From: the human T2T-CHM13v2.0 reference genome, Homo sapiens
NCBI RefSeq assembly: GCF_009914755.1
Contig: NC_060925.1
Strand: one strand, 5' to 3'
DNA: 64,000 nucleotides
The notes under the pieces: model-generated
Told to the model about the DNA's origin: nothing
What the model saw: the letters and a program-made list of their open reading frames with translations, nothing else
Databases searched by the model: none
Position numbers and translations under genes: made by a program
Shown here: positions 1 to 14,045 of the stretch, in pieces
How positions within the stretch are numbered: position 1 is the stretch's first letter
Layout of the letters: each line of letters starts with the position of its first letter

Positions 1-74
1 GCACTCTAATAAATGATTTTTTTTTTTGTCTGGGAACTCTTTACGGAGTTTCTGCTTTGTTCTTCTCGGCATTC

Positions 75-128
75 TTTCTGCCTAGGACATACTAGGTATT
101 CAATTAATGTTAGTCTAATGAAGGAATG
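75..128 (+). mobile_element. L2 3' end fragment
   Basis: gcctaggacatactaggtattcaattaatgttagtctaatgaaggaatg resembles the L2 terminus. Confidence 0.5.
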
Positions 129-757
129 GTAAATTCAGTTTTCATTTGTTCATTTTTTATTTATTGTCACACTTTTCTCAGCATCATAAAAGAAAGGTTC
201 CACACATAAGTGAGTAAATCATCCCTTTCTTTTTAAATATCCAAGGATCAAAATGTAATTTAGGATAATGAGATTGAAAATTATTCCAAGTCAAGAATAA
301 AATTCTTATTCAAAATATTATCTTTTTGAGACAGATAGGATTACATTAAAAGACCAGAGAGACCACACGGAGATGCTGGATACTTACCTATTGTTCACTT
401 AATTATTCATGCAAACTACTTGGATGTTTTACTAAAACCAAGATTTGCAAGCATATTAATATTATAAACCCAAGAATCACAAATATTAAAAACCGTCTCT
501 AACCATGTAGCTCAAATTACTTAAGTGCTTAGATAACCGTGATAACACAAAAAATAGAGACCTAGTTCATACAAAAAAGAAGAAATATATATCCTAGGTG
601 AATGACTTGTACAATATGAAACACAGCAATTATAATTTTTAATTTCAATTGTTTATGTTATGTACAAAAAGAAAACTTGAAGAATGAATATTTCACTATT
701 GCATTAAAATTCCTAAGATTATTAGAGTAGTGATTTCTCCTAAAATTAAGGCTATGA

Positions 758-964
<207 letters not shown>

Positions 965-1593
965 GCTAGGAAAATTCTCTTTCTTTCTTTTGTAAATGAT
1001 CCAAGGATCTAATTCCCACATATTCAGATGGGGCATAAGTATGAAGAAAACACACATACAAACACCTACGCATACACACACACAAACACACAGTTCGTGT
1101 CTACAACCTCCAAACGTTCTTTATCAGAACCACAAGACTGTTCTAAAATGTCTATACAAAAACACTCAACTATCCATGCCTAAATAAAGGTAATTGGCTA
1201 GGGACTACTGATTTCAGGCAAATATATTTTTACAAGAGTTACAAAACACTAAGCAACAGTGGCTGTGTCAGACTAGTCAGCCTGTCCTACTCATATTTGT
1301 AAGTTAGTAATTTAAAAAGCTATTTGGCTTAAATAAAATTATATTTACATTGGAATTCTTAGAACTTTAGCTTTGCTGGATCTTTGGCTTCTGGTGGTCT
1401 CTAGGTCCAGTGAAAAACACCAACATTGAGAGTAAGTTCAGGGTGAGGATAAAACATCTCCTATGAACTAGGGATACCTACAAAATATTTGCAGGGAGAT
1501 TCTATCTCTGAGAGAGGTGCTGTGGAGGGGTTGGGGGTGTCTGCTGACAGGCACTAGGTGGAGTGCATACCTGGGAAACAAGACTTGTCAAAT

Positions 1594-1734
1594 CATTGCT
1601 ACCAAGCAAGGTCTGCACATCTGCAGCATCAGCACCATGTGAGAAATGCAGAAACTCAGACTCCACCCCTCTGAGTCAGAGATGGATGCACATCTCCAGG
1701 TGATTCCTACACGCATTAAAGTTTAAGAACTATT
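1594..1734. mobile_element. MER5A-like hAT-Charlie DNA transposon
   Basis: gcagcatcagcacc...gagaaatgcagaaactcag...ctccaggtgattcctacacgcattaaagtttaagaac. Confidence 0.75.
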
Positions 1735-2058
1735 AAACCATGAGTTATCACCTCGAAATAAGGAGAAACTTTTATGAAAAGAAGGAAAAAGTCTCAAGCT
1801 GCCTTCTCTTTTAAAACTCTCTCAGTTTGCCACTTGGGTCCCCAAAATGTAAGTCATACCAGGGTCAGATCTGCTGTAGGTCTGATAACTATATAAGAAA
1901 CCAAATGGGCAAGTATGTAGAGAAATAATTTTTATATGGTACAGTAGACCCCTTTAAGTGTTGTCACCTGAAAGGTATAAAAATCATTGCCCTGCCTTGC
2001 TTTTTGTCAAATTTCAATGATAAGGACATTAAAGCTTTGCCTTAGTACTGTTCTAGAT

Positions 2059-2545
<487 letters not shown>

Positions 2546-2548
2546 CTA

Positions 2549-2600
2549 TAGATGACACAGAATTTGAATTTAGGTAGATGATACAGAATTTGAATTCAGG
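2549..2600 (+). repeat. 26-bp tandem duplication (2 copies)
   Basis: tagatgacacagaatttgaatttagg / tagatgatacagaatttgaattcagg, 24/26 identical. Confidence 0.9.
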
Positions 2601-4098
2601 TAGCCACACTTCAGAAATAAACGTAGGATTTTAATCCAGGCAATCAGGCTTCAAAACCAACAGTTTCAACCAAGCCACCATCACAGATTAATGAAGGGCA
2701 CGGGGTTCCTTGCCCATAGCTTAATATGGAGTTTTGGTGAGCTCACCACATAAAATCGAAGGCAGTGTAGATAGAAGAAATAATAATGCACCAGAAACAT
2801 CCAGGATGCAATCTTGTGTCTCATTTCTGCAGTAACAGTAAGTAATCTTGGTGAAGATGTTTTTATTTATCTTCATTCCTTTTTATGATTTTTGTTTCTA
2901 TTTGATGTGGATATCCACCAGACTGTAAATGGGGATAATATATCACACAACCAGGTTGTTATAAGGATTATATACTTTGGTAAAATTTTGTTGTTTTATT
3001 TCATACAGATTGGTAAAATTTACAAAATCTTACATTCTAGAAAAGTGTAGTCAATTGTTTAGTTTCAAATCAATTAGGTAATCATAAAATATTTTCCTTT
3101 CTTTTAGGATTGCTAGAGATGCCTAATAACATTATTTCTACTTTAAACAATTTGTACTAAATTATATTTAAGTATCTTATTTATATCAACCTGACAACTA
3201 CTAGCTTATGATCAAAATGGAATGCTGGTTGACAGGACAAAATACCATGTTCTGTTTGATTCGCTTGTCTTTAGCATGTAGTAATATATAGAGATAACAA
3301 GTTAGCAACTTTCCATGAAATTGGACTTAAGCATACGTTTGTACTTAATTGTTCAGAATGTCATATGAGAATCCTGAAGGAATAATCTGCTTTTCTTTCA
3401 AATGTATTGCCTATATTAAATCCGCATCCACCCTTTTATCAATGCAAGGGAAACACCGGTTACAAAGTTAATGTTAACGACCATTGCTTCTATTTTTATA
3501 ATACTGACTAGCATAAAAATTCAAGTAATCATGCTTCTTATAACTTTGAAAAATGTTAGTTTTTTCCTTGCTCTTGGTATCTTTTGTGATTTTACCATTA
3601 CACAAACTATCTAATTTCACTTAGTTTCTAGGAAATTTGAAGGTAACTTTTTAAAATGGATATATTTAATATGAAAACATTATTTTCTGGGCTTAAGGCC
3701 TTAAAGTATTGCCAGTGGCATTTGTGCCTATACTGTTTGACAGCTTTTTCTCATGTTGAAAAATAGATTTGAGGAAGTTAAATCAAATTCAAACATCTGT
3801 GATTGCCATGACTGATTCTAAATACAAAAAAGCTGAAAGCTGTAAGAACCGTTTTTAGCCATTCTTTTTCATTTAATTTTAAAGTTCGGCAAAATCTCCC
3901 AGTATAAGTGAAAAAAAAAAAAAACATAGGCACTTTGGAATTATTAGCCTGGGTTACACTCAGATTCCAGTGAGATTTGGCTGCAATCACTATTCCAATT
4001 GATACACAGGGCATTCATCTTAATGTTCTGCCATTTACTGGTGTTCCCATACCCATTTTGAAGGCATTTACATTTTCTTTTTGTCCTTTTAAAAAAAA

Positions 4099-4385
4099 TT
4101 TTTTTGAGACAGTGTCACTTTGTTGACCAGGTTAGAGTGCAGTGGCATGATCGTAGCACACACTATAACCTCAAATTCCTGAGCTTAAGCAATCCTCCAG
4201 CCTCAGCCTCCCTCCTAAGTGGGACTATCGGCACATGCCACCACACTCCACTATATATTTATTTATTTGTAGAGATAAAGGTCTCCCTATGTTTCTCAGG
4301 CTGGTCTCAAACTCCTGGCCTCAATTGATCCTCCCCGCTTGGCTTCCCAAAGTGTTAGGATTACAAGTGTGAGCCAAGGCACCCA
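4099..4385 (-). mobile_element. AluJ
   Basis: Full-length, diverged antisense Alu with J-type ctcaaattcctgagcttaagcaatcctcc. Confidence 0.9.
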
Positions 4386-5099
4386 CTCTCACATTTAGAT
4401 TTCTTACTGGCAACATCTCATAGGTTATTAACCATCTGCCCTCTTAAAATTAACTTTTTAAACATAGTTGGCCAAAATTTATTTCAGTGAAGTTTCAGAT
4501 AAATTACAATTTCTGGATATCTGGACAGGAATCCACATTTACCTTTTATATTGTTCATAATTTTATAAATTCTATTCGTATATGCTCTTTCATTCTTCAC
4601 TGTCCCAAAATGTAAAAGTCCAATCTTCTTAGCCTTCCTTCATACTTCTGCCCCTATCTAATCATTCTTTTAGCAACTTCTGGTTCCATTTTGATAATCA
4701 TTTTTTAATTTAAAAAATCAGCTTCCTACTTGTACATGGATTACAGCTTTATTTAACAATTCGATAATTAGATAATGCTTTCATCCTCTTAAGAGATTTA
4801 TCATGAAATAAAAAAGTTTAGCATTTCATTCAAACTCAGCTATCTAACAATCAGCATATTTGTACATATACTGTACAAGCCTGTCTAATTTTATAATGAT
4901 GGCCATGTCAGCACTGCAAGAGGCTGTAATGCCTTTTGAATATCAAAAGAAATTTAGATTTGATTGAGTATATTAACTATTTTGGAGACTCATCAATAGC
5001 ATATAGGACCTACTATAAATTCATCTTTATTCTAGGTCCTTTCAGTAGTACAGAAACATGCTAAGTATCTGGCACTTTTGTATCATTTTAAACATAATG

Positions 5100-6624
5100 A
5101 ATTGGAATGGTGGTATGAATTAATAATTTTAATGAATGTAAATAAGAATTGAATAATTAAGTAAACTGATAGTAGATTATGGGAGTCAGGTGTTTTCACT
5201 GTTGTATTGGGAGGTTAAATGTAAATAAGAAGAAAAGGATAGAGAGAGGCTACAATGGTCTACGTGGTGATGAATTAGAGTGGAAGACATCAGTATATAC
5301 ACATGTTTCATTTAATACAGATACATATGGTTAAAGAAATATGTATGTATTAGCATTTTATTCAAAAATCAGCTATCTAATAATTAACATATTTGTACAT
5401 AAATAATATAAGTCTAATTTTGTACTGATGTCCACATACATGTATATGCATAGGTTAGTATACACATATATATTCCCTTACCCATCAGCTGGGAGGGCCT
5501 AACAAGCAATAACATCACAGTAGCAATGAGCACACTTAGCTCCCAGATCTTGATTTCTAATACCATTATCCAATAAAAGAAATCAGGGCCCCCTTGGAGA
5601 AACACCTGATTCTAGGACTTAGGAAGGAAATATACAAGATAAGCCTAGATCATCTTGTAGGGCCAGAAATTAAGTGCTAAAACACAAACACACACTAATG
5701 CATGCACATACACACATACACACGCACAGATGTAGATATATTAAAGGGACACAGGAGTAAACTAAAAGAACTCCCAATGGACACAGCCAGAACAATTTGA
5801 GCAACAAAACAAAGTGATATTAGTTTACAGCAAAAAGTAAAAAATAAATATCCACGAGTCCATCATACTTATATAAATAAATGACTGAATAAATAAATGG
5901 GCAGAATAGACAAATTCCCATGCAGATGAATCCCAAATGATTTATGTAGATACTCTATTCTCAAGGAAGTGGAGCATAATTCCCCACTCATTAGGTGTGG
6001 CCTGCTCATAGTGGCTTTCTTCCAAAGAACATGATATGCAAGGAGTCATAAAAGAGTAATTTTTTAGTGGAGAAACCTGACATACACTATGTTAGTCATG
6101 AAATCAAGGTTAACATTAATCATGACAAAGCTTATTGATAGTATATAAAATAAGGTGATTTAAATAACCCTTTACCTCTGTGGTCTTCTGCCCAAAAACC
6201 CATAACCCCAGTTTAATCATGAGAAAAAACACATATAAATGTCATTTGAGGAACATTCTAAAAAAATACTTGACTAGTAATCCTCACAGCTGTCAAGGTC
6301 ATCAAAAATAAGGAAAGTCTGAAAAAACCATTGCAACCAAAAAAAAGCATAAGAAGACATGGCCACTAAATATAACTTGGGATCTTGGATAGACTCTAGG
6401 TAAAACCGACCCTGGGTAAAAACTAAGGAAATCTAGCAAATGTGTGGACCTTAGTTAATAATAACGTATTAATTTTGGTTCATTAATTGTAACAAAAACA
6501 TACTATACTAATGTAAGGTGCTAACAAGAGAGGAAACTGAATGTGGACTCCAGCGATTCTGTATTGTCTCTAAAGTAACTCTGTAAATCTAAAACTGTTC
6601 TAAAATAAAAAAGTTTATTTAAAA
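5100..6624 (+). mobile_element. Old L1 3' end (L1MD/L1MC3-like)
   Basis: Contains the motif cagtagcaatgagcacacttagctcccagatcttgatttcta and the terminus ctgtaaatctaaaactgttctaaaataaaaaagtttatttaaaa. Confidence 0.8.
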
Positions 6625-7429
6625 AGATACCGAGGAATAAAAGACTAAGTTGCATGAAGTATGAGTTTCTATACAAGACTGTATATAATTAGATGTTATT
6701 TTATGCAGTTTCCAGTGTGGTGAAAGTGAAGAAGAAAGGCAGGCAAACAAGATCTGAAGGAATCAGGAAATAGTTTCATGAAAAGAATGGCGTTTACACA
6801 GAATCAGGAGAGCTAAGATTTGCATATGTGAAGTTGAGAAGGGAGTATCATGATACTGAAGGGCAAAACAGATGCAAAGACTTCAGGCAAAAATTATTTA
6901 AAACCACTTCTCAAGAAAGTGGGTATGAGATAGGACTCTGGTCATTCTAGTTTCCATCAAGCTGGGCAATGTTGAAAGTGAATGGAGTTAGTCCAAGGAT
7001 ATTGGCAATGACCAGTGACTCAAGAAGCAAAGGAATGCTCTCAAGAATCATGACCAAAGACTGTGAAGCAGAGAGGTAAGAATTAGGTGCAAACTGAGGG
7101 GTGTCCCCCACAAAAAAGCAAGATGAAGAAAGCAGTCTGAATAACAAAGGCAAGCCAGTAAAGATTCCTCATGAATTTCCCCACAAAGGAGAAAACACAT
7201 AATCTTACTCATAAAGCTAGAGCAGGCTGTTAAATGTTCTCTTATGGAAAGTAAAAAGGATGTTCAGTCTTCAGCAAACATAATTCACTGCAGAATAACA
7301 GGAAATAAATTTGGGAACACAGTGTTCAATTGTTACCAAGGCCTCAGGGAGTCAGGCATAGTGATAGAAACATTTTAATGAGGGGGTTTGGATCAAAGTC
7401 ATAATATAATGAAAATAACTACTGACAAA

Positions 7430-9140
7430 AGGAATCTACAGGTTCAGTGCAATCCCCATGAAAATTCCAACTTTAATTTTCATAGAAATAGAGAAAACAT
7501 TACCAAAACACATATGGAACCATTGAAAAACCCTGAATAGCCAATGCAATCATGAGCAAAAAGAACAAAACTGGAGGTATCACATTACCTGATTTCAAAC
7601 TATACAACAAAGCTAGAGTAATTAAAACAGAAAGGTATTCGCCAAAAAAAAATAGACACATCAACCAAGGGAACAGAGTAGAGCATCCAGAAATAAACCC
7701 ATGCATATATGATCAACTGATTTTTGACAAAGGTGCCAAGAATAAGCAATGGGTAAAGGATAGTCTCATTGAAAAGTACTATTGGGAAAACTGGATTTCC
7801 ACATGTAGAAGAACAAAATTTGACCTTGCACCATATAAAAAACCAACTCAAAATGTACTAAATACTGAAACATAAAACCAGAAACTCTAAAATTGCCAGA
7901 AGAAAGGATAGGAGAAAAGCTACATGACATTGGTCTGGGAAATGATGTTTTGGATTTGATCCCAAAAGCACAGGCAACAAAAGCAAAAATAGAGAAATGG
8001 GATTTGATCAAACTAAAAGACTTCTGCATTACCAAGGAAGCAATTAACAGTGTGTAGAGACAACTTACAGATCAAGAGAAAATATTTGAAAGCTGTACCT
8101 CAGATAAGGAGTTAATATCCAAAATACTTAAGAAACTAAACTCAACAGCAGTAAAACAAAAATCCCAATTAAAAATGGGCAAGGGATCTAAATAGACATT
8201 TCTCAAAAGATGACATACAAATGGCCTAGAATATATGAAAATTATCCTCAATATCACTAATCACTAGGGAAATACAAATTAAAACAATGAAATATCATCT
8301 CAAACCTGTCAGAATAACTTTTATTAAAAAGATGAAAGATAACAAGTGTTAGCAAGGATGTGGAGAAAAGAAAACACTCTTGTTAGTGAGAATGTAAATT
8401 AGTAGAGCCACTATAGAAAGCAGAAAGGCAGTTCCTCGAAAAACTGGAAATACAATTACCATGTGATCCAGAAATCCCACTTCTGGGTATTTACCCAAAA
8501 GATTTGAAATCAGTTTGTTGAAGACATGTCTGCACCCCCATGTTTATTACAGCACTATTCACAATAGCTAAACTTTAGAATCAAACTAAGTATCTATCAA
8601 CAGATAAATGGATAAAGAAAATGTATATATACAGTATGAAATACTATTCGGACTTAAAAAAGGGAAATTTTATTATTTGTAACAACATGGGTGGAATTGG
8701 AGAACATTACACTAAGTGAAACAAGTCAAGCATAGAAATACAAGTACTGCATGTTCTCACTTGGATGTCGAATCTGAAACAATTAAACTCATAGATGCAA
8801 AGAGGAGAATGGTGGTTACAGAGCTTGTGTGTTGGGGAATGGGGTGATGATGGTCAAAGGGTAAAATCTCAGACCATAAGTGTGTGCTTTTTTCTTTTTT
8901 TTGAGTTATACTGCACAGCACAGTGAATATAGTTAATAACAGAATACTGTACATTTCAAAATTCCTAAGATATTAAGTTCATATGTTCTTACCACAAAAA
9001 AGTTAAGATTTGAGGTGATGGGGATGTTAACTAGCTTGATTTAATTGTACCACATACTATTTGCAATATTATAACATCATCTTATGCCTCATAAATGTAT
9101 ACAATTATAACTGTCAATTTATAATAAACTTTTATAAATC
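7430..9140 (+). mobile_element. L1MA-family 5'-truncated LINE-1 (ORF2 C-terminus plus 3'UTR)
   Basis: ORF 7552-7875 ([15 protein letters not shown]...LIFDKG) is decayed ORF2, followed by an L1MA-type 3'UTR. Candidate TSD 7411-7429 / 9143-9161 (16/19). Confidence 0.92.
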
Positions 9141-9332
9141 AAGAAAAGAACTATTGAGAAATAATTCTAATTGGAAGGATTACATGTAAGAAGAATTTCT
9201 GAACAAGAGTCTGCCTTTAAAAGAAAACACTGTTGTTTATAAGCATCTGGATTAGAGTAGTATCAGAGGCAATAGAATAACTGGATGTAAAATGATGACA
9301 GAATGACTATAGATGATATATCAATGGGTAAC

Positions 9333-9722
9333 TGTTGTGAACTGAGTAGTATCCCCTCAAATTGATATGCTGAAGTCCTAACTCCAAATACCTGACAATG
9401 CATCTGTATTTGGAGATAAGATCTTCAAAGAAATAATTAAAATTATGGTCATTAGTTAGAGTGGGCCCTAATTCAACATGACTGGTGCCCTAAAAACAGG
9501 AGGAAATTAGGACATAGGCATATACAGAGGTGACAGCATGTAAACACACAGGGAGGAGATGGTCATCTACAATGCCAAGGAGAGACACCTCAGAGGAAAA
9601 ACCAACTCTGCTGCCACCGTGAACTCAGACTTCCTGCCTCCAGAACTGTGAGAAAATAAATTTCTGTTTTAAGCCACCCTGTCTGTGATACTTTGTTATG
9701 GCAGCCCTGGCAATCTAATACG
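9333..9722 (+). mobile_element. MaLR solo LTR (MLT1B-like)
   Basis: tgaagtcctaactcc...cagaactgtgagaaaataaatttctgttttaagccacc...gcagccctggcaatctaatac. Confidence 0.85.
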
Positions 9723-10785
9723 ATGATAAAACACTCAGTTTTATTTTTTGAAGCTTTGCAACCTTATACAATAATTGTGACATCACTGACATAGACTGGA
9801 CAAATGAAAGAAAAGGTCACGTGGGCTTTGGCAGATGATGAATCTGTCAATACAAATAAATAATTGTTCTTTTCGGGTCATTTCAAATATCAAGGGTAGG
9901 AAAGCTTGTCCTCTTGGACCTACTAGACTATGGGCAAAGTGAGGTCAGAGACCACTTCTTTCTTAATTGTTCACTCTATCCGTGATGCCTGAAATACAGC
10001 ATTAAATACTTAACTATTTGTTAAATGAATAAACTCGTATTTCCCACGGTGCCAAGTCCAGAGTCTCTTGCATTTTGTCAGCGTTTCATTAATGTTTGCT
10101 AAATCAATGGGAAAAAAATGTCTTAAGCTCTAATCTAAGTTGCAACTATTCTGAAATGTCAATGATATTAACATAAATGAGAAAATCATTAATATAAACA
10201 GAAAATTCATATAAATATTCAGTTACTTCAACTATTTCTTTTTTAGAAGATTTTATTCTCAATTTAAATTGGAAGTAAATATTTCCAATGACTACGACTG
10301 TTTACTACAAAGACAAGAAAAAAACAAACAAACAACAACATAAAAAAACATACAATGACTTCCCATTTCCTCCAAAAGGAGGCAAGCTCCTCTGCCTAAC
10401 TGAAAATTGGTTCACATTTTGCCTCAAGTTTCTACTCCCATCTATAGTTTCTGAATGTGATATATACATTTCACAAACATTGGTCTTCTAAAACAATGTT
10501 AAATCAATATCAGTTATTATTTGCCTGATTATCATAGGTGGGAAAGATAAAGTCTTAGTATGTCTTCCTTCCGCATTAGCCTGACCATTATAAAAATAAA
10601 CGACATAGTAAGGAAAGAGAATGGAGGGGAACTTTAATTTCTGAAATACATATTACATGCTAAGTATTTTCTCAGTGACTTAAATTCCCAAAGCATCTCA
10701 GTAAAATATATTAGTAGTCTTTCTTTCTTTTTTTTCCACAAGGGAACTAACTAGAGCTTAAATAGACTGAAATACCTTTCCATGG

Positions 10786-11090
10786 TGTCTTAGTTCCGGC
10801 TTCTATGTCAAAGTGCCATAGACTGCGTGACTTATAAACAGCAGAAACTCATGTCTCATAGTTCTAGGAGCTGGAAATCTCAGATCAGTGTGTCAGCATG
10901 TCTGGATCTGGTGCAGGGCCTCTTCAGGCCCAGCTCCTTGAGGCTCCTTTTATGAGGGCACTAATCCAGTTCATGAGGGCTCCACTCTCAGGTCCTCATC
11001 ACTTCCCAAAGACCCCACCTCCTAATACCATTACAACAAGGGTTGGGATTTCAACATACACATTTAGGGAGACATAAACAGTCCATAACA
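10786..11090 (-). mobile_element. MaLR solo LTR (MLT1A0-like) inserted in a MIR
   Basis: tgtcttagtt...gtccataaca termini, 5-bp TSD catgg/caagg, and MIR-like sequence on both sides. Confidence 0.85.
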
Positions 11091-11749
11091 CAAGGTAAAA
11101 CATCTGCTGAGATGCAGATCCAGGATTTGGATTCAAATCCTACATAATTTAACTTACAACATATTGCCTCCAGGATTAATGTCATTTTATATGTAAATAT
11201 TACCAACAATAATTTAAGAAACATTATTTCTAGAAACAGAAAAGTTTTCAATTATCTCTTCCAAGTAAGAACTGATGCTACCGCCTAATCCCCAGTGTTC
11301 CATTGTGCACTGAGAGCACGAGGAAGCCAGCCTGTGGCAACTCACTCTGTTTCAGGTATTTTCCCTATATCACCCTCCTGCTCTGCAATTCCCCAGGTTT
11401 TCTAAGAACCAAAAAATGTATGCTTCTTTTTCATTTCTTGTTAACAAAGAACAAGACACTGTATTAGGATGCCTTTATCTTACCCACTTATGCTATCATC
11501 TGCCATAGGGCTAGCAACTTGTAAAATTCCTCAATTTCCACCTTGCTTTTAATAGAAAATACTGCTCTAAATAACACCAACTCTCTTCTCTCCAAGTATT
11601 CTATCTTGAAACATTTATCCAGCCTAGATGACCTAGAGGAGTTGAACATCATTAGCAGATTATCATCTGATATAACATTACTAATAGTATTATATATTAA
11701 TATTATATAAAACACATATACATATACAAAAAATAACATTATAATACTA

Positions 11750-12000
11750 TTAGGTTCAGGAAGGCAAAATTATAAAGGGCCTTTTGAGCCATGCTAAAGA
11801 CTTTAGATGCTATCCTTAAAAAGACCAGTTTGAAAGTGAGTTGTAACTATCTGCTAGCAAAAAGACAATTGCATGGACAAAGATAATGATAGTAGGAATG
11901 AAAGGGCAGGTTCCTATTTCAGAGACATTGAGGCACAGACTCTTCATGATATGAAAACTGCCTGGATGTTGGGGGAAAGGGAAAGGGTCTTCCAAATCTT
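11750..12000 (-). mobile_element. L2 fragment
   Basis: agggccttttgagccatgctaaagactttagatgctatcct resembles antisense L2. Confidence 0.5.
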
Positions 12001-12759
12001 GACCACTTTCATGGACCAAATCCTCCTCTGATAAGTACTTGTTTCCTAGCTCTATTAATTCTATTGCCCAGGCTCTCCAATACCCTCCATCTATATTCTA
12101 GGGACCAGATGGACTTTTTGCTGTAAGGACCTATTTCTAAATTCTTCCCATGTGTCCTCATCATTCCTCCCTATACCTTGATTTCAAGGCAACTCATACT
12201 TTGAATAATACGTATCACATTCCTAGACACCACTCAGTATACACAGTGATTTTTCTTGTTGTGTATGGGAAAGAGAAAATATTCTCAGACATTAACAGTT
12301 AAATTATCATTTGTAAATCAGCTAGTGATAAGAGAAGATGCCTTTGGCATCATATATATTTTGCCTGCTGTTTTAGGTCCTGCCATCAAGCATGTAGTAA
12401 TATTTTCAAACAATTCTATCAAATAACAGTTGATTATAGAAAATTCAGTACAACTTAGAAATCTTGCCAATAATAATAATGATAGTAATATTACCTCTTA
12501 ATTTTTATGAGAAGGGTCATGATTTTTGAAATGATAGCCAAGTCCAACTTAGACTTACAAAATACTTTATATATGCATACATGCAAAAAAAAAGTGGCTA
12601 GAAGAAAAATTCAGCACCACCTCTTCATTATATGCAAATAGAATTAGTAAATACGAATGTACTACGTACTAGTAATATGCATGTATATATGTATGTAAAT
12701 ATGAATGTATGACCATGCTGTTTTATAGCCTATGTACTATCTGTGCAAAAGAGGACAGT

Positions 12760-12930
12760 GGTTATTTGCTCAGACTTTAGAACTAGATACCTTGAGTTCA
12801 AATCCCAGCCTCTACATGCTAAATAAAAGAACCCAGACTCATAATGATGGGGCTTTAGGGATAACTCATATGATTTAACATGTGCAGCAGGACTAGGTGA
12901 GTCCCTGGCAATTAGTAAACAATCACACAA
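12760..12930 (+). mobile_element. MIR
   Basis: cagactttagaactagataccttgagttcaaatcccagcc core. Confidence 0.6.
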
Positions 12931-13100
12931 GTTGGATGTTTTTATGGCTCCTTTTAATGATTAACATTAAAAATAAGTCATTTATTTGATTTTCTGTTTT
13001 CCTCCTACCCCATATCTAATCTATCAGTAAATCCTATCGGTCTCACTTCTAAATGGCATGCGGATTCTGATGAATTCTTACCACTTACATTGTTACCACT

Positions 13101-13385
13101 CTCTTAGCTTGGGTTCTTCCAGAAGCAGAGCCTGAGTCAAGAAATCAAGTGGAAGTATTTATTTGGGAGATAATCCCAGGAAACACCAATAGGAGGGTGG
13201 GCAAGTGAAACAGGAAACAAAATAAAGCATGTGTTAAAAAGTCATGCTAAAAATTCTAGGAGCCAATGTAGGACACACACCTCAAAGCTATCCTACCCCA
13301 GTGGTCAGGCAGTTGGTGCATGAAGGGGGCATCATTCATCATTTGAAGGCTGCTCACAGAGGCACTAGTTCTTTTAACACATCCT
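13101..13385 (-). mobile_element. ERVL LTR fragment (LTR33-like)
   Basis: gggttcttccagaagcagagcctgag...atttatttgggagataatcccagg. Confidence 0.65.
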
Positions 13386-13789
13386 CCTCCAATGTTGTCA
13401 TCTCTTTTGCCCCCTTACTTAGTTAGATATAGCCATATTTTATCAGAATACAGCCAACATAACTGACACTCTCACTTCTTGCAGTTAACTCAAAGGTCCC
13501 TCCACAGACAGGCCATTTCTGATAATCCTATTTAAAATAGTGTCTCTCCAAAAACAAAAAAAAACAAACAAAAACAAAAATGCATAAAATGCTAGAAATC
13601 TTTGCCATATATCAATATATTCAGCAAATTCTACGAGTGGATTTTAGAAATTAGGATTTAGACAATGCTATGATCTATGCAATCATTTTAATTTTATTCA
13701 CCTATGTAATGGGGGTAATGAAATTTATACTGGGGGCTGTGAGAATTGAATAAAATAATACAAATAACCACTAACCTATTACCCATTTC

Positions 13790-14045
13790 TAAAATATCAT
13801 AATTTCAAAACATTGTATAAATAGAATCATAAAGTATGTAACCTTTTAGAATCAGATTTTTCCACTCAGTCTTATTGTCTGGATAATCATCTAAGTTGTC
13901 ACGTATATCAATAATTTGTTCCTTTTTAATGCTAACTAGTACTAATATGATATATATTATGACAGTTTGTTTAACCATTAGTCAGTGAAGAACGTCTATG
14001 CTGTTTATAGTTTTTGGCTATTACGGATAAAGCCACTATATACAG
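13790..14045 (-). mobile_element. Old L1M 3' region fragment
   Basis: ataaatagaatcataaagtatgtaacctttt...tttttggctattacggataaagccactat. Confidence 0.65.
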
